Below, piece after piece: positions 1 to 8,849 of a stretch of DNA of 44,393 nucleotides. Positions within the stretch are counted from its first letter, which is position 1, and each line of letters opens with the position of its first letter. A program made the translations under genes and the position numbers. The notes under the pieces were generated by a model. That model was not told the DNA's origin, ran no database searches, and saw nothing but the letters and a program-made list of their open reading frames with translations. The DNA is from Acidobacteriota bacterium. Its GTDB lineage: Bacteria > Acidobacteriota > Terriglobia > Terriglobales > Acidobacteriaceae. The stretch lies in the NCBI GenBank assembly GCA_021827845.1, contig JAKAUB010000207.1:1-44393 (forward strand), read 5' to 3'.

Positions 1-1
1 T

Positions 2-559
2 GTCGGAACCTCCGGGGGCGTCTGGGGCCTGAAGGAGGGATACAGCATGATGGTCGGGGGCGATGCTGAGCCGGTCAAACGGCTGACGCCCATCTTCGAA
101 GCGCTCGCGCCCGCGAAAGACAAAGGATGGGGGCACGTCGGGCCAGCCGGTGCCGGTCACTTCGTCAAGATGGTGCACAACGGCATTGAGTACGGCATGA
201 TGCAGTCCTATGCCGAAGGCTTCTCCATCATGAAGCACAAAGAGCCCATGTCGCTGGATCTGGCGCAGATCGCGCAGATCTGGCGCTACGGCAGCGTGGT
301 CCGCTCCTGGCTGCTCGATCTGACCGCTGACGCGCTGGCGAAGAATCCAAATCTTGATGGGCTGGAAGCTTATGTTGCTGACTCGGGCGAAGGCCGCTGG
401 ACGGTGTTTGAAGCGATTGACATGAACGTCTCCGCGCCGGTCATTACGGAGTCGCTGATCCGCCGCATCCGCTCGCGCGAGGACAACAATTTCTCGGATC
501 GCATGCTGTCCGTCATGCGGAATGAATTTGGTGGACACGCTGTAAAGAAAAAAGATTAG
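2..559 (+). CDS. gnd: 6-phosphogluconate dehydrogenase (decarboxylating), short Gnd-like type; 5' end truncated by the window edge
   Basis: The frame is open from nt 2 with no stop before 559. The translation VGTSGGVWGLKEGYSMMVGGD...GAGHFVKMVHNGIEYGMMQSYAEGF matches the conserved core and C-terminal domain of 6PGDH. It lies directly upstream of zwf-pgl. Confidence 0.85.
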   Translation, partial: VGTSGGVWGLKEGYSMMVGGDAEPVKRLTPIFEALAPAKDKGWGHVGPAGAGHFVKMVHNGIEYGMMQSYAEGFSIMKHKEPMSLDLAQIAQIWRYGSVVRSWLLDLTADALAKNPNLDGLEAYVADSGEGRWTVFEAIDMNVSAPVITESLIRRIRSREDNNFSDRMLSVMRNEFGGHAVKKKD

Positions 560-635
560 GCGCTGCGGGCGGCTGTCACTTCCCGCACCCGGCCGCACCT
601 GCCCACCGATGACTACCTACGACTAAGGAGCCTCC

Positions 636-2168
636 ATGGCCACCGCGAAAGTAACTGTTTCTTCCACATCCATGAAGGGCGCCAGTGAGCGCGCACCTGA
701 GCCTACGATCGTCGTCATCTTCGGCGCCTCCGGCGACCTGACAAAGCGCAAGCTGTTGCCCGCTCTCTATCATCTGGAACAGGACGGGCTGCTCCCGAAG
801 AGCTTTGGCGTGGTGGGTGTTGCTCGACGTCCGCTGGGTGATGCATTTGCCAAGGATATGGGCGAGGGAATCGTTGAGGGCGGCGGCGTAGAAGCCAACG
901 ACCCCAAGTTGCAGCGGTTTTTATCGCTCGTGAAATACCATGCGATGAACTTCGACGATCCCAACGGATATTCCGGGTTGAAACAGGCTCTGGCCGAAAT
1001 GGATAAGCAGCTTGGGACCTCCGGGAACCGGTTGTTTTATCTCGCGACGGCGCCGGAGTATTTCGCCGAGATCATCGACCAGCTGGGCGCGCATGGAATG
1101 GCGAAGCCAGAGCAGGGAACGGTCCGCGTCATTATTGAAAAGCCGTTCGGGCATGATCTGGACTCTGCGCGCGCGCTGAACGCCAACGTCAACAGTGTTC
1201 TGGACGAAGAGCAGATCTTCCGCATCGATCACTACCTGGGTAAAGAGACGGTTCAGAACATTCTGGTCTTCCGCTTTGCGAACGGGATCTTTGAACCGAT
1301 CTGGAACCGCAATTTCATCGACCACGTGCAGATTACGGCTGCCGAGAGCATCGGCATTGAAGGCCGAGGGCCGTTTTATGAAAAAGCGGGAGCGCTGCGC
1401 GATGTGGTGCAGAACCATGTGATGGAGTTGCTGTCTTTTGTGGCGATGGAGCCCCCGATATCGTTTGGATCGGCGCCCATTCGCACAGAAAAACTCAAGG
1501 TCTGGAAGGCCATCCACCCCATTCCGATGGAGGCAACCGTGCGCGGCCAGTATGGCCCGGGCACGGTGGATGGTCAGCAGGTGCCCGGGTACCGGCAGGA
1601 GAGCCGCGTCGACCCAAAATCCACTACCGAAACCTTTGCCGCGCTGCGGTTGGAGATTGAAAACTGGCGGTGGGCCGGCGTTCCTTTCTACATCCGGGCC
1701 GGCAAGCGACTGGCCAAGCGTGCGACGGAGATTACGATTCAATTTAAGCAACCGCCACTGTTGCTTTTCCGAGACGGCGCGGAAAACAGCAAGTGCGGCA
1801 TTGAGCCGAACATCATCTCCATGCGGATTCAGCCCAACGAAGGCATTTCGCTGCGCTTTGCTGCCAAGGTTCCCGGAACCACCATGCAGAGCTGTCCCGT
1901 GGACATGAATTTCGACTACGCGACGGCCTTTGGCGTTTCCTCAGCCAACGGCTATGAGCGTTTGCTGCTGGACGCGATGATCGGCGACGCAACACTCTTT
2001 GCCCATCGTGACGGCGTGGAGGCGACCTGGTCGCTGATGACGCCGCTGCTGCAGGCATGGGCTGCTAACCCGCCGAAGGATTTTCCGAATTATGCCGCCG
2101 GAAGCTGGGGCCCTGCCGCCGCCGATGAACTGCTGGCGCGCGACGGCCGCCAGTGGCGCAAACTGTAG
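636..2168 (+). CDS. zwf: glucose-6-phosphate 1-dehydrogenase
   Basis: 510-aa ORF with an AAGGAG RBS at 625-630, 5 nt before the ATG. It has the NADP-binding motif VIFGASGDLTKRKLLPAL, the EKPFG motif and the active-site signature RIDHYLGKE. Confidence 0.95.
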   Translation: MATAKVTVSSTSMKGASERAPEPTIVVIFGASGDLTKRKLLPALYHLEQDGLLPKSFGVVGVARRPLGDAFAKDMGEGIVEGGGVEANDPKLQRFLSLVKYHAMNFDDPNGYSGLKQALAEMDKQLGTSGNRLFYLATAPEYFAEIIDQLGAHGMAKPEQGTVRVIIEKPFGHDLDSARALNANVNSVLDEEQIFRIDHYLGKETVQNILVFRFANGIFEPIWNRNFIDHVQITAAESIGIEGRGPFYEKAGALRDVVQNHVMELLSFVAMEPPISFGSAPIRTEKLKVWKAIHPIPMEATVRGQYGPGTVDGQQVPGYRQESRVDPKSTTETFAALRLEIENWRWAGVPFYIRAGKRLAKRATEITIQFKQPPLLLFRDGAENSKCGIEPNIISMRIQPNEGISLRFAAKVPGTTMQSCPVDMNFDYATAFGVSSANGYERLLLDAMIGDATLFAHRDGVEATWSLMTPLLQAWAANPPKDFPNYAAGSWGPAAADELLARDGRQWRKL

Positions 2169-2181
2169 CGGAGACACTGCC

Positions 2182-2979
2182 ATGCGGAAAACAACGACCG
2201 TGATCTATCGTGTGTTGAACGATGCGGAAGAGCTGGCACAGGCCAGCGCGGAGGCGATCGCCGCTGCGGCGGAGCGCTCCATTGCCAGCCGCGGCATGGC
2301 ACGCATTGCCATTTCAGGCGGCAGTACGCCGAAGCGTACCTTCCAACTGCTGGCGGATGCGGCCCATCCGTTTCGCGGTCAGATTGACTGGACACGCCTG
2401 CAGATCTACTGGGCCGATGAACGATGCGTGCCCCCTGACAATCCGAATTCGAACTTCCATAACGCCTGGCAGAATCTGCTCTCGAAGGTCCCGATCCCGG
2501 ATCAGAATATCTGCCGCATTGAAGGGGAACTGCCTGCGGAGGAAGCGGCGGCGCGCTATGAGTCTTCGCTGCGCAATCGCTTTCGGCTGGAAGGTGCGGA
2601 GCTGCCGCAGTTCGACCTGATTATGCTGGGGCTGGGAACCAACGGGCACACCGCTTCACTGTTTCCGTACTCTGACGCGCTGGATTCCATGATGCACCTG
2701 GCCGTCAGTGCACACGTGGATGACACCGTACCCTGGCGCGTCAGCCTTACGTGGCCGGTGATCAATCACGCGTCGCAGGTTGTCTTTCAGGTGCAGGACG
2801 CCTCCAAAGCCGAGGTGCTGCAGCAGGTGCTGCAAGGCCCGTACCAGCCAGAGGTGCTGCCGTCGCAACTGATCCGTCCCCAAAACGGTGAATTGACATT
2901 TCTGCTCGATCGCGCGGCGGCCAGCAAACTGCCCGCTCCTGGTCCGGATGGCACAGGCATGCTGGAGTTGACACGATGA
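2182..2979 (+). CDS. pgl: 6-phosphogluconolactonase
   Basis: Motifs ISGGSTP, WADERCVP and LGLGTNGHTASLFP are present. I chose the ATG at 2182, 13 nt after the zwf stop. The ORF-track start at 2092 would overlap zwf by 77 nt and adds non-homologous residues. Confidence 0.9.
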   Translation: MRKTTTVIYRVLNDAEELAQASAEAIAAAAERSIASRGMARIAISGGSTPKRTFQLLADAAHPFRGQIDWTRLQIYWADERCVPPDNPNSNFHNAWQNLLSKVPIPDQNICRIEGELPAEEAAARYESSLRNRFRLEGAELPQFDLIMLGLGTNGHTASLFPYSDALDSMMHLAVSAHVDDTVPWRVSLTWPVINHASQVVFQVQDASKAEVLQQVLQGPYQPEVLPSQLIRPQNGELTFLLDRAAASKLPAPGPDGTGMLELTR

Positions 2980-4019
2980 TTCTCGCCGGCGATGTAGGCG
3001 GCACCAAAGTTCATCTGGCGCTCTATCGTTTTGAACGAGGCGCTCTCGAACATGTTCGCGACCAGAAGTTTCCCGCCACGAAATATCCGGATTTAGTCTC
3101 GGTTGTGCGTGAGTTTCTGGCGGCGGGTGGGCCGGGCGAAACAATCGACGCCGCTTGCTTCGGAGTTCCCGGACCGGTTCGCAAAAACGTCATTCAGCTC
3201 ACAAATCTTCCCTGGCTGCTGGATAGCCGGGAGTTATCCGCGGCGCTGGGAATCGAGCATCTCTTCCTGATTAATGACCTGGAAGCGAACGGTTACGGTA
3301 TCGCCGAACTGGGGCCCGATCAGATTTTTTCCCTCAGCGAAGGCGACAGCAGCCTGGTGGGTAATCGCGCTCTAATTGCAGCGGGCACTGGCCTGGGCGA
3401 GGCGTTTTTGATCTGGGATGGCAAGATGCATGTGCCCATGGCGTCCGAGGGCGGTCACTGCGACTACGGGCCGAACAGTGATCTCGAGATCGAGCTTCTC
3501 ACCTGGCTCCGGGCCCAGCCCAATATGGACAATCACGTCAGTTGGGAGCGCGTATGCTCCGGTCTGGGGCTGCGGAATGTTTATACCTTTTTGCGCGACG
3601 TGAAGCGCATGGAGGAGTCGGCCGAGCTGCGCGAGCGTATGCAGCACGACGATCCGAACGCCGTGATTGCGCAGTGGGGCGAGAGCGGGAAGAGTGAGCT
3701 TTGCGCGCGCAGTTTGGAGATCTTCGCCAGCGCCTACGGAGCGGAAGCCGGCAACATGGCGTTGAAGATTCTAGCTCACGGCGGCGTATATCTTGGCGGT
3801 GGCATAGCGCCGAAGATTCTGAAGACGCTGCAGGCCGGAGCCTTTCTGCGCGCCTTTTGCCAGAAAGGACGCATGGAAAAGCTGGTGAGCCAGATGCCGG
3901 TGCGCGTCATTCTGGAAAGCCGCGCTGCGTTGCTTGGAGCCGCGGCCTATGCAGAATCCCGCGCGGCTGAGATCTCTGGAAGCTCGCTGCGCTCAGCTTC
4001 CATCCACATAAGGAGTTGA
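2976..4019 (+). CDS. glk: glucokinase
   Basis: The N-terminal ATP-binding motif ILAGDVGGTKVHLALY and overall Glk-family colinearity support the call. The start overlaps the pgl stop in an ATGA, implying translational coupling. Confidence 0.9.
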   Translation: MILAGDVGGTKVHLALYRFERGALEHVRDQKFPATKYPDLVSVVREFLAAGGPGETIDAACFGVPGPVRKNVIQLTNLPWLLDSRELSAALGIEHLFLINDLEANGYGIAELGPDQIFSLSEGDSSLVGNRALIAAGTGLGEAFLIWDGKMHVPMASEGGHCDYGPNSDLEIELLTWLRAQPNMDNHVSWERVCSGLGLRNVYTFLRDVKRMEESAELRERMQHDDPNAVIAQWGESGKSELCARSLEIFASAYGAEAGNMALKILAHGGVYLGGGIAPKILKTLQAGAFLRAFCQKGRMEKLVSQMPVRVILESRAALLGAAAYAESRAAEISGSSLRSASIHIRS

Positions 4020-4027
4020 AAACAGGG

Positions 4028-4426
4028 ATGGGGACAACTGCCGCGCTTCTCGCCCGTCCTCACCGCGCCAGATTCGCTGGCGTGTTGCTGATGCTGGCGC
4101 TTTTTCTGGTGTGCAGTCCGCGCGCCTTCGCGCATGCCGTGCTGGTGCGCTCCACACCCGCTGACGGAGCAGTGCTGCACACGGGCAATATCACGTTCAC
4201 GCTGGACTACAACTCGCGCATCGACGAGCGCCGTTCCGTGCTGCAACTGACCGGCTCGGGCAGCCAGGCGATTGCGCTCACCACAGAGACGCCGACGGGT
4301 CCCGCGCAGTTGAAAGCTGCGGCCCGCGGGTTAAAGAGCGGCGTCTATCATCTGGCCTGGCAGGTTCTGGCGGAAGACGGCCACATTACGCGCGGAGCCA
4401 TTACGTTTACCGTTGCCGGAAAGTAG
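4028..4426 (+). CDS. CopC-domain periplasmic copper-binding protein (CopC/YobA family)
   Basis: A signal peptide ends in AFA|HAVLVRSTPADGAVL, so the mature N-terminal residue is His as is typical of CopC. The C-terminal motif WQVLAEDGHITRGAITFTV is also present. The ATG at 4028 sits 12 nt after AAGGAG; an alternative TTG at 4016 overlaps the glk stop. Confidence 0.7.
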   Translation: MGTTAALLARPHRARFAGVLLMLALFLVCSPRAFAHAVLVRSTPADGAVLHTGNITFTLDYNSRIDERRSVLQLTGSGSQAIALTTETPTGPAQLKAAARGLKSGVYHLAWQVLAEDGHITRGAITFTVAGK

Positions 4427-4432
4427 TTGTCT

Positions 4433-6946
4433 CTATTGCACGGTGATCGCTTTCCTCAACGGGACGTTCTCCGAAGAATCTCCCGCGTAGACGATGAACT
4501 TGCCGGGGTCAACCTTCCAGCCATGCGTCTTCACGTCCCAGTAGGCGAGTGAGCGCCGGTCCAGCGCAACGGTCACCCGTTTTGTTTCTCCGGGCTGCAG
4601 CATTACGCGGCGGAACTCTTTCAATTCCATCTTCGGCCGCGGAACAGTCGCCGAAGGATCGCCGACGTAAATTTGCGCGACCTCCGCACCGGCGCGCTGG
4701 CCCGTGTTTTTTACATCGAACGCTACATGAATGGGACCGCTTGGCGAGGCCGTTTCCGGCGTGACCGAGAGATTGCTGAACGAGAACGTCGTGTAAGAAA
4801 GCCCAAACCCGAAGGGGAACAGAGGCTTTACCTTGCTGGTTTCAAAGTAGCGATAGCCGAGAAAAATTCCTTCGCTGTACTTCACATCTTTGGTGCCGGG
4901 CTGCTCGTAATAGTTATGGTATGCAGGCAGGTCCTGCAGCCGCTTCTCCCAGGAGATGGGCAGCTTGCCCGAGGGGTTTGCGTCGCCAAACAGCAGGTTC
5001 GCCAGCGCCGTGCCGCCCTGCTGGCCGGCGTACCAGGTCTGCAGCAGCACCGGCGCCCCGGCGATCCAGTTTTCCGTGGCGACGCTGCCGCCTGAAGTCA
5101 GCACTACGATGGTCCGCGGGTTCGCCGCGCAGACGGCGCGGATCAGTGCCTCCTGGCCAAGCGGCAGTGCGTAGGTACGGTCGAAGCCTTCGGATTCGGT
5201 GCGCGGGCTGAAGCCGACCGATACCACCGCAACGTCCGCCATCTTTGCCAGTGCAACGGCTTGCGGATCGACCAGTTTGTCTGCGGCGATGACACCGAGC
5301 CGCACTGTTGTGCGTTTCCATTCCGGCCAATAGGTCAGTTCGATTCGCGCCGGGGTATCTTTTGTAAGCATGGTGGTTACATTTTGCGGAATGCTCCGTT
5401 GGGGTTGATCGATGGCAAGCAGCGTCTTCCCATTGACTTTGAGCGCATAATGCCCGCGGCCCTCTGCCTGCGCCACAAAGCTGTACGCTCCGGTGCTGGC
5501 CGGTATGTAATATCCGGTCCAGGTAATGCGGCGCTTCTGCTGGCCGTTGATTTTTGACGGCACCGAATCTTCGTCATACATGTTGCCCGTAACCCGCGTA
5601 TCCACCACCTGCCCGGTGGCGTCCACGACCTCACGCCGCGTCAGCCCTTGCTGTTTGCAAGCGGCGTCCACACACCACTTTGAGCCGCGATAGATGTCGC
5701 GGTCGGACGGCAGGCCGGCGTTCCAGTACACCTTGGCCTGCGGCAGCGCGTCGCTCAAACCGGTCATAAAGCTGACGGGCGCAATCGCGTCTACGTGAGA
5801 GCTGCCGCCACCGCCCGGTACGGCTGGGTAGGCGTCCGGTCCCAGCACGGCGATGGAGTGCACGGACTGTTTGCTGAGCGGCAGAATGTTGTGTTCATTC
5901 TTGAGCAGCACAGCGCCTTCTTCCGCCGCACGCAGCGTGACGGCATTGCCATGTGGGTTGTAGCGCGGAATGGTCAGCACCGTCTGGTCGCGGTCGAGAA
6001 AGTGAAACTGCAATGCAGTGCGGAGGATGCGCCGTACCTTTGCGTCGATGGTGGCCTCCGTCACCTGCCCATCTTTAATCGCCGGCATCAGCGTGGCCGC
6101 ATTCATAAACTTGCCGCTGGGCATCTCCAGGTCGAGGCCACCGTTGGCCGCGGCCACGCCGTCATACGTGGCGTTCCAGTCGGACATCACAATGCCGCGG
6201 AAGCCCCACTCCTTGCGCAATATGTCGATGTTGAGAAAGCGATTCTGCGTCGCGTGCACGCCGTTGATCAGGTTGTAGGAGTCCATGACGGCGCCGGTGT
6301 GCGCCTGGCGCACGGCGGCCTCGAACGGCGGCAGATCGATCTCGCGCAGGGTACGTTCATCGGCGATGGAGTTTTCATTGTGACGGTCATACTCGGCGTC
6401 ATTCAATGCAAAGTGCTTCACCGTGGCGCTGACGCCTTGTGCCTGCAGGCCGTCAATATAGCCAACGGCGATGTTGGCGGAGAGATACGGGTCTTCGCCG
6501 AAGTATTCAAAGTTGCGGCCGTTCATCGGCATGCGGTAGATGTCGACGCCGGGGCCCAGCAAGAAATTGACGCCACGCGCCCGGGCGTCCTCGCCAATGG
6601 AGCTGCCGACGGCGCGCGCCAGATCGCGGTCCCAGCTCGCCGCCAGGTTGATGCCCGCCGCGTACGCCATCGACGGGCCCCAGGTGCGCACCCCCATGGG
6701 ACCGTCGGACATCTTCAGCCGCGGAAAACCGATGGAAGGCTCGGCGCGGATGAACATCGAGTCTTGCCCGCCGATCAGCGCCAGCTTCTGCGCAAGAGTA
6801 AGCTTGTGCACCATGGCATCGGCCTGTTGTTCGATGGCCGGCGTCACGGGAGCCGGGCCCTGTCCAGCGTTTTGTCCCCGCGCGCTTACGGTGAGAATCG
6901 TAAGTGGAATGGACAGCAAGGCGGCGAGGACGCGACGGTCGGACAT
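4433..6946 (-). CDS. glycoside hydrolase family 3 beta-glucosidase with inserted PA14-like domain, secreted
   Basis: 837-aa ORF with a signal peptide. GH3 motifs KHFALND and GIVMSDW (nucleophile Asp) are present, followed by the C-terminal GH3 and Fn3-like regions. The segment TWTGYYIPASTGAYSFVAQAEGRGHYALKVNGK is typical of a PA14 insert. Confidence 0.9.
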   Translation of the reverse strand: MSDRRVLAALLSIPLTILTVSARGQNAGQGPAPVTPAIEQQADAMVHKLTLAQKLALIGGQDSMFIRAEPSIGFPRLKMSDGPMGVRTWGPSMAYAAGINLAASWDRDLARAVGSSIGEDARARGVNFLLGPGVDIYRMPMNGRNFEYFGEDPYLSANIAVGYIDGLQAQGVSATVKHFALNDAEYDRHNENSIADERTLREIDLPPFEAAVRQAHTGAVMDSYNLINGVHATQNRFLNIDILRKEWGFRGIVMSDWNATYDGVAAANGGLDLEMPSGKFMNAATLMPAIKDGQVTEATIDAKVRRILRTALQFHFLDRDQTVLTIPRYNPHGNAVTLRAAEEGAVLLKNEHNILPLSKQSVHSIAVLGPDAYPAVPGGGGSSHVDAIAPVSFMTGLSDALPQAKVYWNAGLPSDRDIYRGSKWCVDAACKQQGLTRREVVDATGQVVDTRVTGNMYDEDSVPSKINGQQKRRITWTGYYIPASTGAYSFVAQAEGRGHYALKVNGKTLLAIDQPQRSIPQNVTTMLTKDTPARIELTYWPEWKRTTVRLGVIAADKLVDPQAVALAKMADVAVVSVGFSPRTESEGFDRTYALPLGQEALIRAVCAANPRTIVVLTSGGSVATENWIAGAPVLLQTWYAGQQGGTALANLLFGDANPSGKLPISWEKRLQDLPAYHNYYEQPGTKDVKYSEGIFLGYRYFETSKVKPLFPFGFGLSYTTFSFSNLSVTPETASPSGPIHVAFDVKNTGQRAGAEVAQIYVGDPSATVPRPKMELKEFRRVMLQPGETKRVTVALDRRSLAYWDVKTHGWKVDPGKFIVYAGDSSENVPLRKAITVQ

Positions 6947-7084
6947 GGCGTGGGGTCTCGATTCGTGAGAGATGTGAGCGGGGATTGCTACCCAGAACGC
7001 ATTATGTCCGCCGCCGAGCGGCAGCGCAAGGGCTCCGGCCCGCTTGGCGAGCTTGCACGGGTTCGATATAGTGAGAGAGGTTGT

Positions 7085-7159
7085 GGCGCTATCGTCTAGG
7101 GGTTAGGACGTGAGATTCTCAATCTTAAAACACGGGTTCGATTCCCGTTAGCGCTACCA
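7085..7159 (+). tRNA. tRNA-Glu (anticodon CUC), CCA encoded
   Basis: Hand-folded cloverleaf. The acceptor stem is GGCGCTA/TAGCGCT with one G-U pair. The D arm TCGTCTAGGGGTTAGGAC is Glu-like. The anticodon stem is TGAGA/TCTTA with loop TTCTCAA (U33, CTC, A37). The T arm is ACGGG-TTCGATT-CCCGT, followed by discriminator A and CCA. Confidence 0.85.
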
Positions 7160-7177
7160 AAGAATATCCGCTAAAGC

Positions 7178-7192
7178 CTGCTGAATCAGCAG
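7178..7192 (+). terminator. small hairpin after the tRNA (CTGCTG-AAT-CAGCAG) followed by TCTTTCGATTT
   Basis: A perfect 6-bp stem with a 3-nt loop lies 19 nt after the tRNA 3' end, with a T-rich tail. The stem is weak. Confidence 0.3.
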
Positions 7193-7230
7193 TCTTTCGA
7201 TTTGCTCTAAAAACCTGTTGGCGCGTGCTG

Positions 7231-7271
7231 GTGGCACAAAGCGCGTAATCAGTGGCACATCCTGTGGCACA
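7231..7271. repeat. three direct copies of GTGGCACA (7231-7238, 7252-7259, 7264-7271)
   Basis: Read directly from the sequence: gGTGGCACAaagcgcgtaatcaGTGGCACAtcctGTGGCACAgccc. The copies sit in the tRNA-Glu / esterase intergenic region. Their function is unknown. Confidence 0.6.
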
Positions 7272-7389
7272 GCCCATATTGTCTTTTGCGCGCGTTTGAT
7301 CGTCTCTTCAGGCTCACCCACACCAATACCATCCTAAAAATCGAACCCTGATCTCACAACAGCCTCTAACTGCGCTATCCTCACAGCCG

Positions 7390-8577
7390 ATGAATCGGCT
7401 TTCCCATCTCGCCCTCGCCACCCTCCTCGCAGCCGCTCCCGCCCTCGCACAGAATCCAACCCAGCCGTCCCAAACCTCGCACGCCCCAGCCCAGCGCATC
7501 CCAAAAATTCCACCCGTAGGACCACGCCGCGCCATCATCGTTCCCGTGCGCAATCCCAACACCCCCGGCTACGTCGCCGCCAAAGAACTCCCCAACGGCC
7601 ACGTCCCGCCGCCCACCGCCGACGGTAACTTCGTCATCGGCCCCAACCATCCCGTCGCCCCCGCAACCCAGCCAGACCCCAACGTCCCCCAGGGCCGTAC
7701 CTGCATCTTCACCATGTCTTCGGCCGACAGCCGCTACTACCCCGGCATCGCCCGCACTCCCGGAACCTTCGGTCACCCCGACCCTCACAATCCCGCGCGC
7801 CTTCTCGTCCCCACCAGCCATCCCCATCCTTGGACGCGCCACGTCTGGGTCTTCATCCCCAGCCAATACCAGCCCGGCGCCGCCGCGCCTTTCATTGAAG
7901 ATCAGGACGGACCCAACCCGCTCCTCTTCACCACCGTCAATAACCTCATCGCGCAGCGCCGTATCCCCGTCATGCTCGCCATCGCCATCCAAAATGGCGG
8001 CGGAGACGCACAAGGCTCCGAGCGCGGCCTCGAATACGACACCGTCTCCGGCCGCTACGCCGAATTCGTCCAGAACGAAGTCCTGCCCCGTGTCGAATCC
8101 GCCTGTCATGTTCGACTCACCACCAATCCCTACGGACGAGCCACCATGGGCGGAAGCTCCGGTGCCGCCGCCGCCTTCATCATGGCCTGGTTCCATCCCG
8201 AGTGGTTTCGCCGAGTCCTCTCCTACTCCGGCACCTTCGTCAACCAGCAGTGGCCCTGGAACCCATACATCCCCGGCGGAGCCTGGGATCTGGCCTCGCA
8301 GTTCGTCCCGGAGTCCCCCCGCAAGCCCATCCGCGTCTGGATGGAAGTAGGAGACCGCGACCTCTACTACCCCAACGTCATGCGAGACGGCATGCACGAC
8401 TGGGTCATCGCCAACGAGCGCATGGCCAAAGCCCTCGCCGCCAAACACTACCACTACCAGTTCGTCTTCGCCCGCAACGCCCACCACGTCGACTACGCCG
8501 TCAGAAAGCAAACTCTGCCCGAAGCCCTCAAATACCTCTGGCACGGCTACCCCATCCAACCGGCTCACAACAAATAA
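7390..8577 (+). CDS. secreted alpha/beta-hydrolase, esterase D / enterochelin-esterase-like (PF00756-type 'putative esterase')
   Basis: A signal peptide ends in ALA|QNP. The core GRATMGGSSGAAAAFIMAWFHPEWFRRVLSYSGTF contains a GxSxG-like nucleophile elbow. The C-terminal region (WMEVGDRD, HDW) is typical of the family. Codon usage is strongly C-ending, unlike neighbouring genes. Confidence 0.65.
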   Translation: MNRLSHLALATLLAAAPALAQNPTQPSQTSHAPAQRIPKIPPVGPRRAIIVPVRNPNTPGYVAAKELPNGHVPPPTADGNFVIGPNHPVAPATQPDPNVPQGRTCIFTMSSADSRYYPGIARTPGTFGHPDPHNPARLLVPTSHPHPWTRHVWVFIPSQYQPGAAAPFIEDQDGPNPLLFTTVNNLIAQRRIPVMLAIAIQNGGGDAQGSERGLEYDTVSGRYAEFVQNEVLPRVESACHVRLTTNPYGRATMGGSSGAAAAFIMAWFHPEWFRRVLSYSGTFVNQQWPWNPYIPGGAWDLASQFVPESPRKPIRVWMEVGDRDLYYPNVMRDGMHDWVIANERMAKALAAKHYHYQFVFARNAHHVDYAVRKQTLPEALKYLWHGYPIQPAHNK

Positions 8578-8631
8578 TCCTGAATTCCGAAATTCGATTT
8601 TCTATTTCTGGCAGTGAAGTGCAAGCGTAAA

Positions 8632-8653
8632 GAAAACGCTCGGGGGCGTTTTC
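8632..8653. terminator. hairpin GAAAACGC-TCGGGG-GCGTTTTC downstream of the esterase gene
   Basis: An 8-bp stem with a 6-nt loop lies 55 nt after the stop codon. The U-run is part of the stem, so this is only a weak intrinsic-terminator candidate. Confidence 0.35.
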
Positions 8654-8849
8654 AGGCCCGCTGCCCACTCCGCCCCTGAATTTTGCTTTTTGTAAAGGAC
8701 GTGCACAAGCGGCGCGCACAATAATTTTTCATAAATTTTTTTCCAGGCCATGCCTCCGCCACCTGTTCTGCTTCGGAACCAGAATCACCTTACAGCGAGA
8801 CCTGAATATTTTTTTAGGAAGCCGTCAAATTGGCTTCTGGATTTGCAGG

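Noticed and set aside
2092-2181. Long N-terminal extensions offered by the ORF track (pgl 2092, hypothetical 20682, tatA 21312, rpsT 31136, lepB 39602, mog 33909, ASST 13508, small basic protein 13531).
   Set aside because: Each extension overlaps the preceding gene or lacks homology. An internal start with an RBS, a signal peptide or a canonical family N-terminus fits better in every case.
5795-7099. A 434-aa plus-strand ORF opposite the GH3 gene. Similar long antisense ORFs occur at 921-1751, 12618-13445, 20108-20914 and 26269-27120.
   Set aside because: The translations are Arg/Gly/Ala/His-rich and low-complexity with no recognisable motifs. Each lies fully inside a confidently assigned gene on the other strand. 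This is typical of high-GC DNA.
7232-7285. The TGGCAC repeats read as sigma-54 (-24/-12) promoters.
   Set aside because: None of the three TGGCAC copies is followed at the required spacing (N5) by a TTGC or GC -12 element. The downstream sequences are aaagcGCGT, atcctGTGG and agcccATAT.
7381-8568. A 395-aa minus-strand ORF exactly mirroring the esterase gene.
   Set aside because: It is codon-aligned antisense to a gene with near-exclusive NNC codons and no TTA, CTA or TCA codons, so stops cannot arise. The product is low-complexity G/V/D/E/A (GNN codons) with no start context. It is an artefact of composition.
8593-8599. A possible attR-like duplicate of the tRNA-Glu T-loop (TTCGATT, 7137-7143) right after the esterase gene. 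This would make the esterase a tRNA-targeted insertion.
   Set aside because: Only about 8 of 10 nt match (TTCGATTTTC versus TTCGATTCCC), there is no longer flanking identity, and no integrase is present. The match is too short to distinguish from chance.
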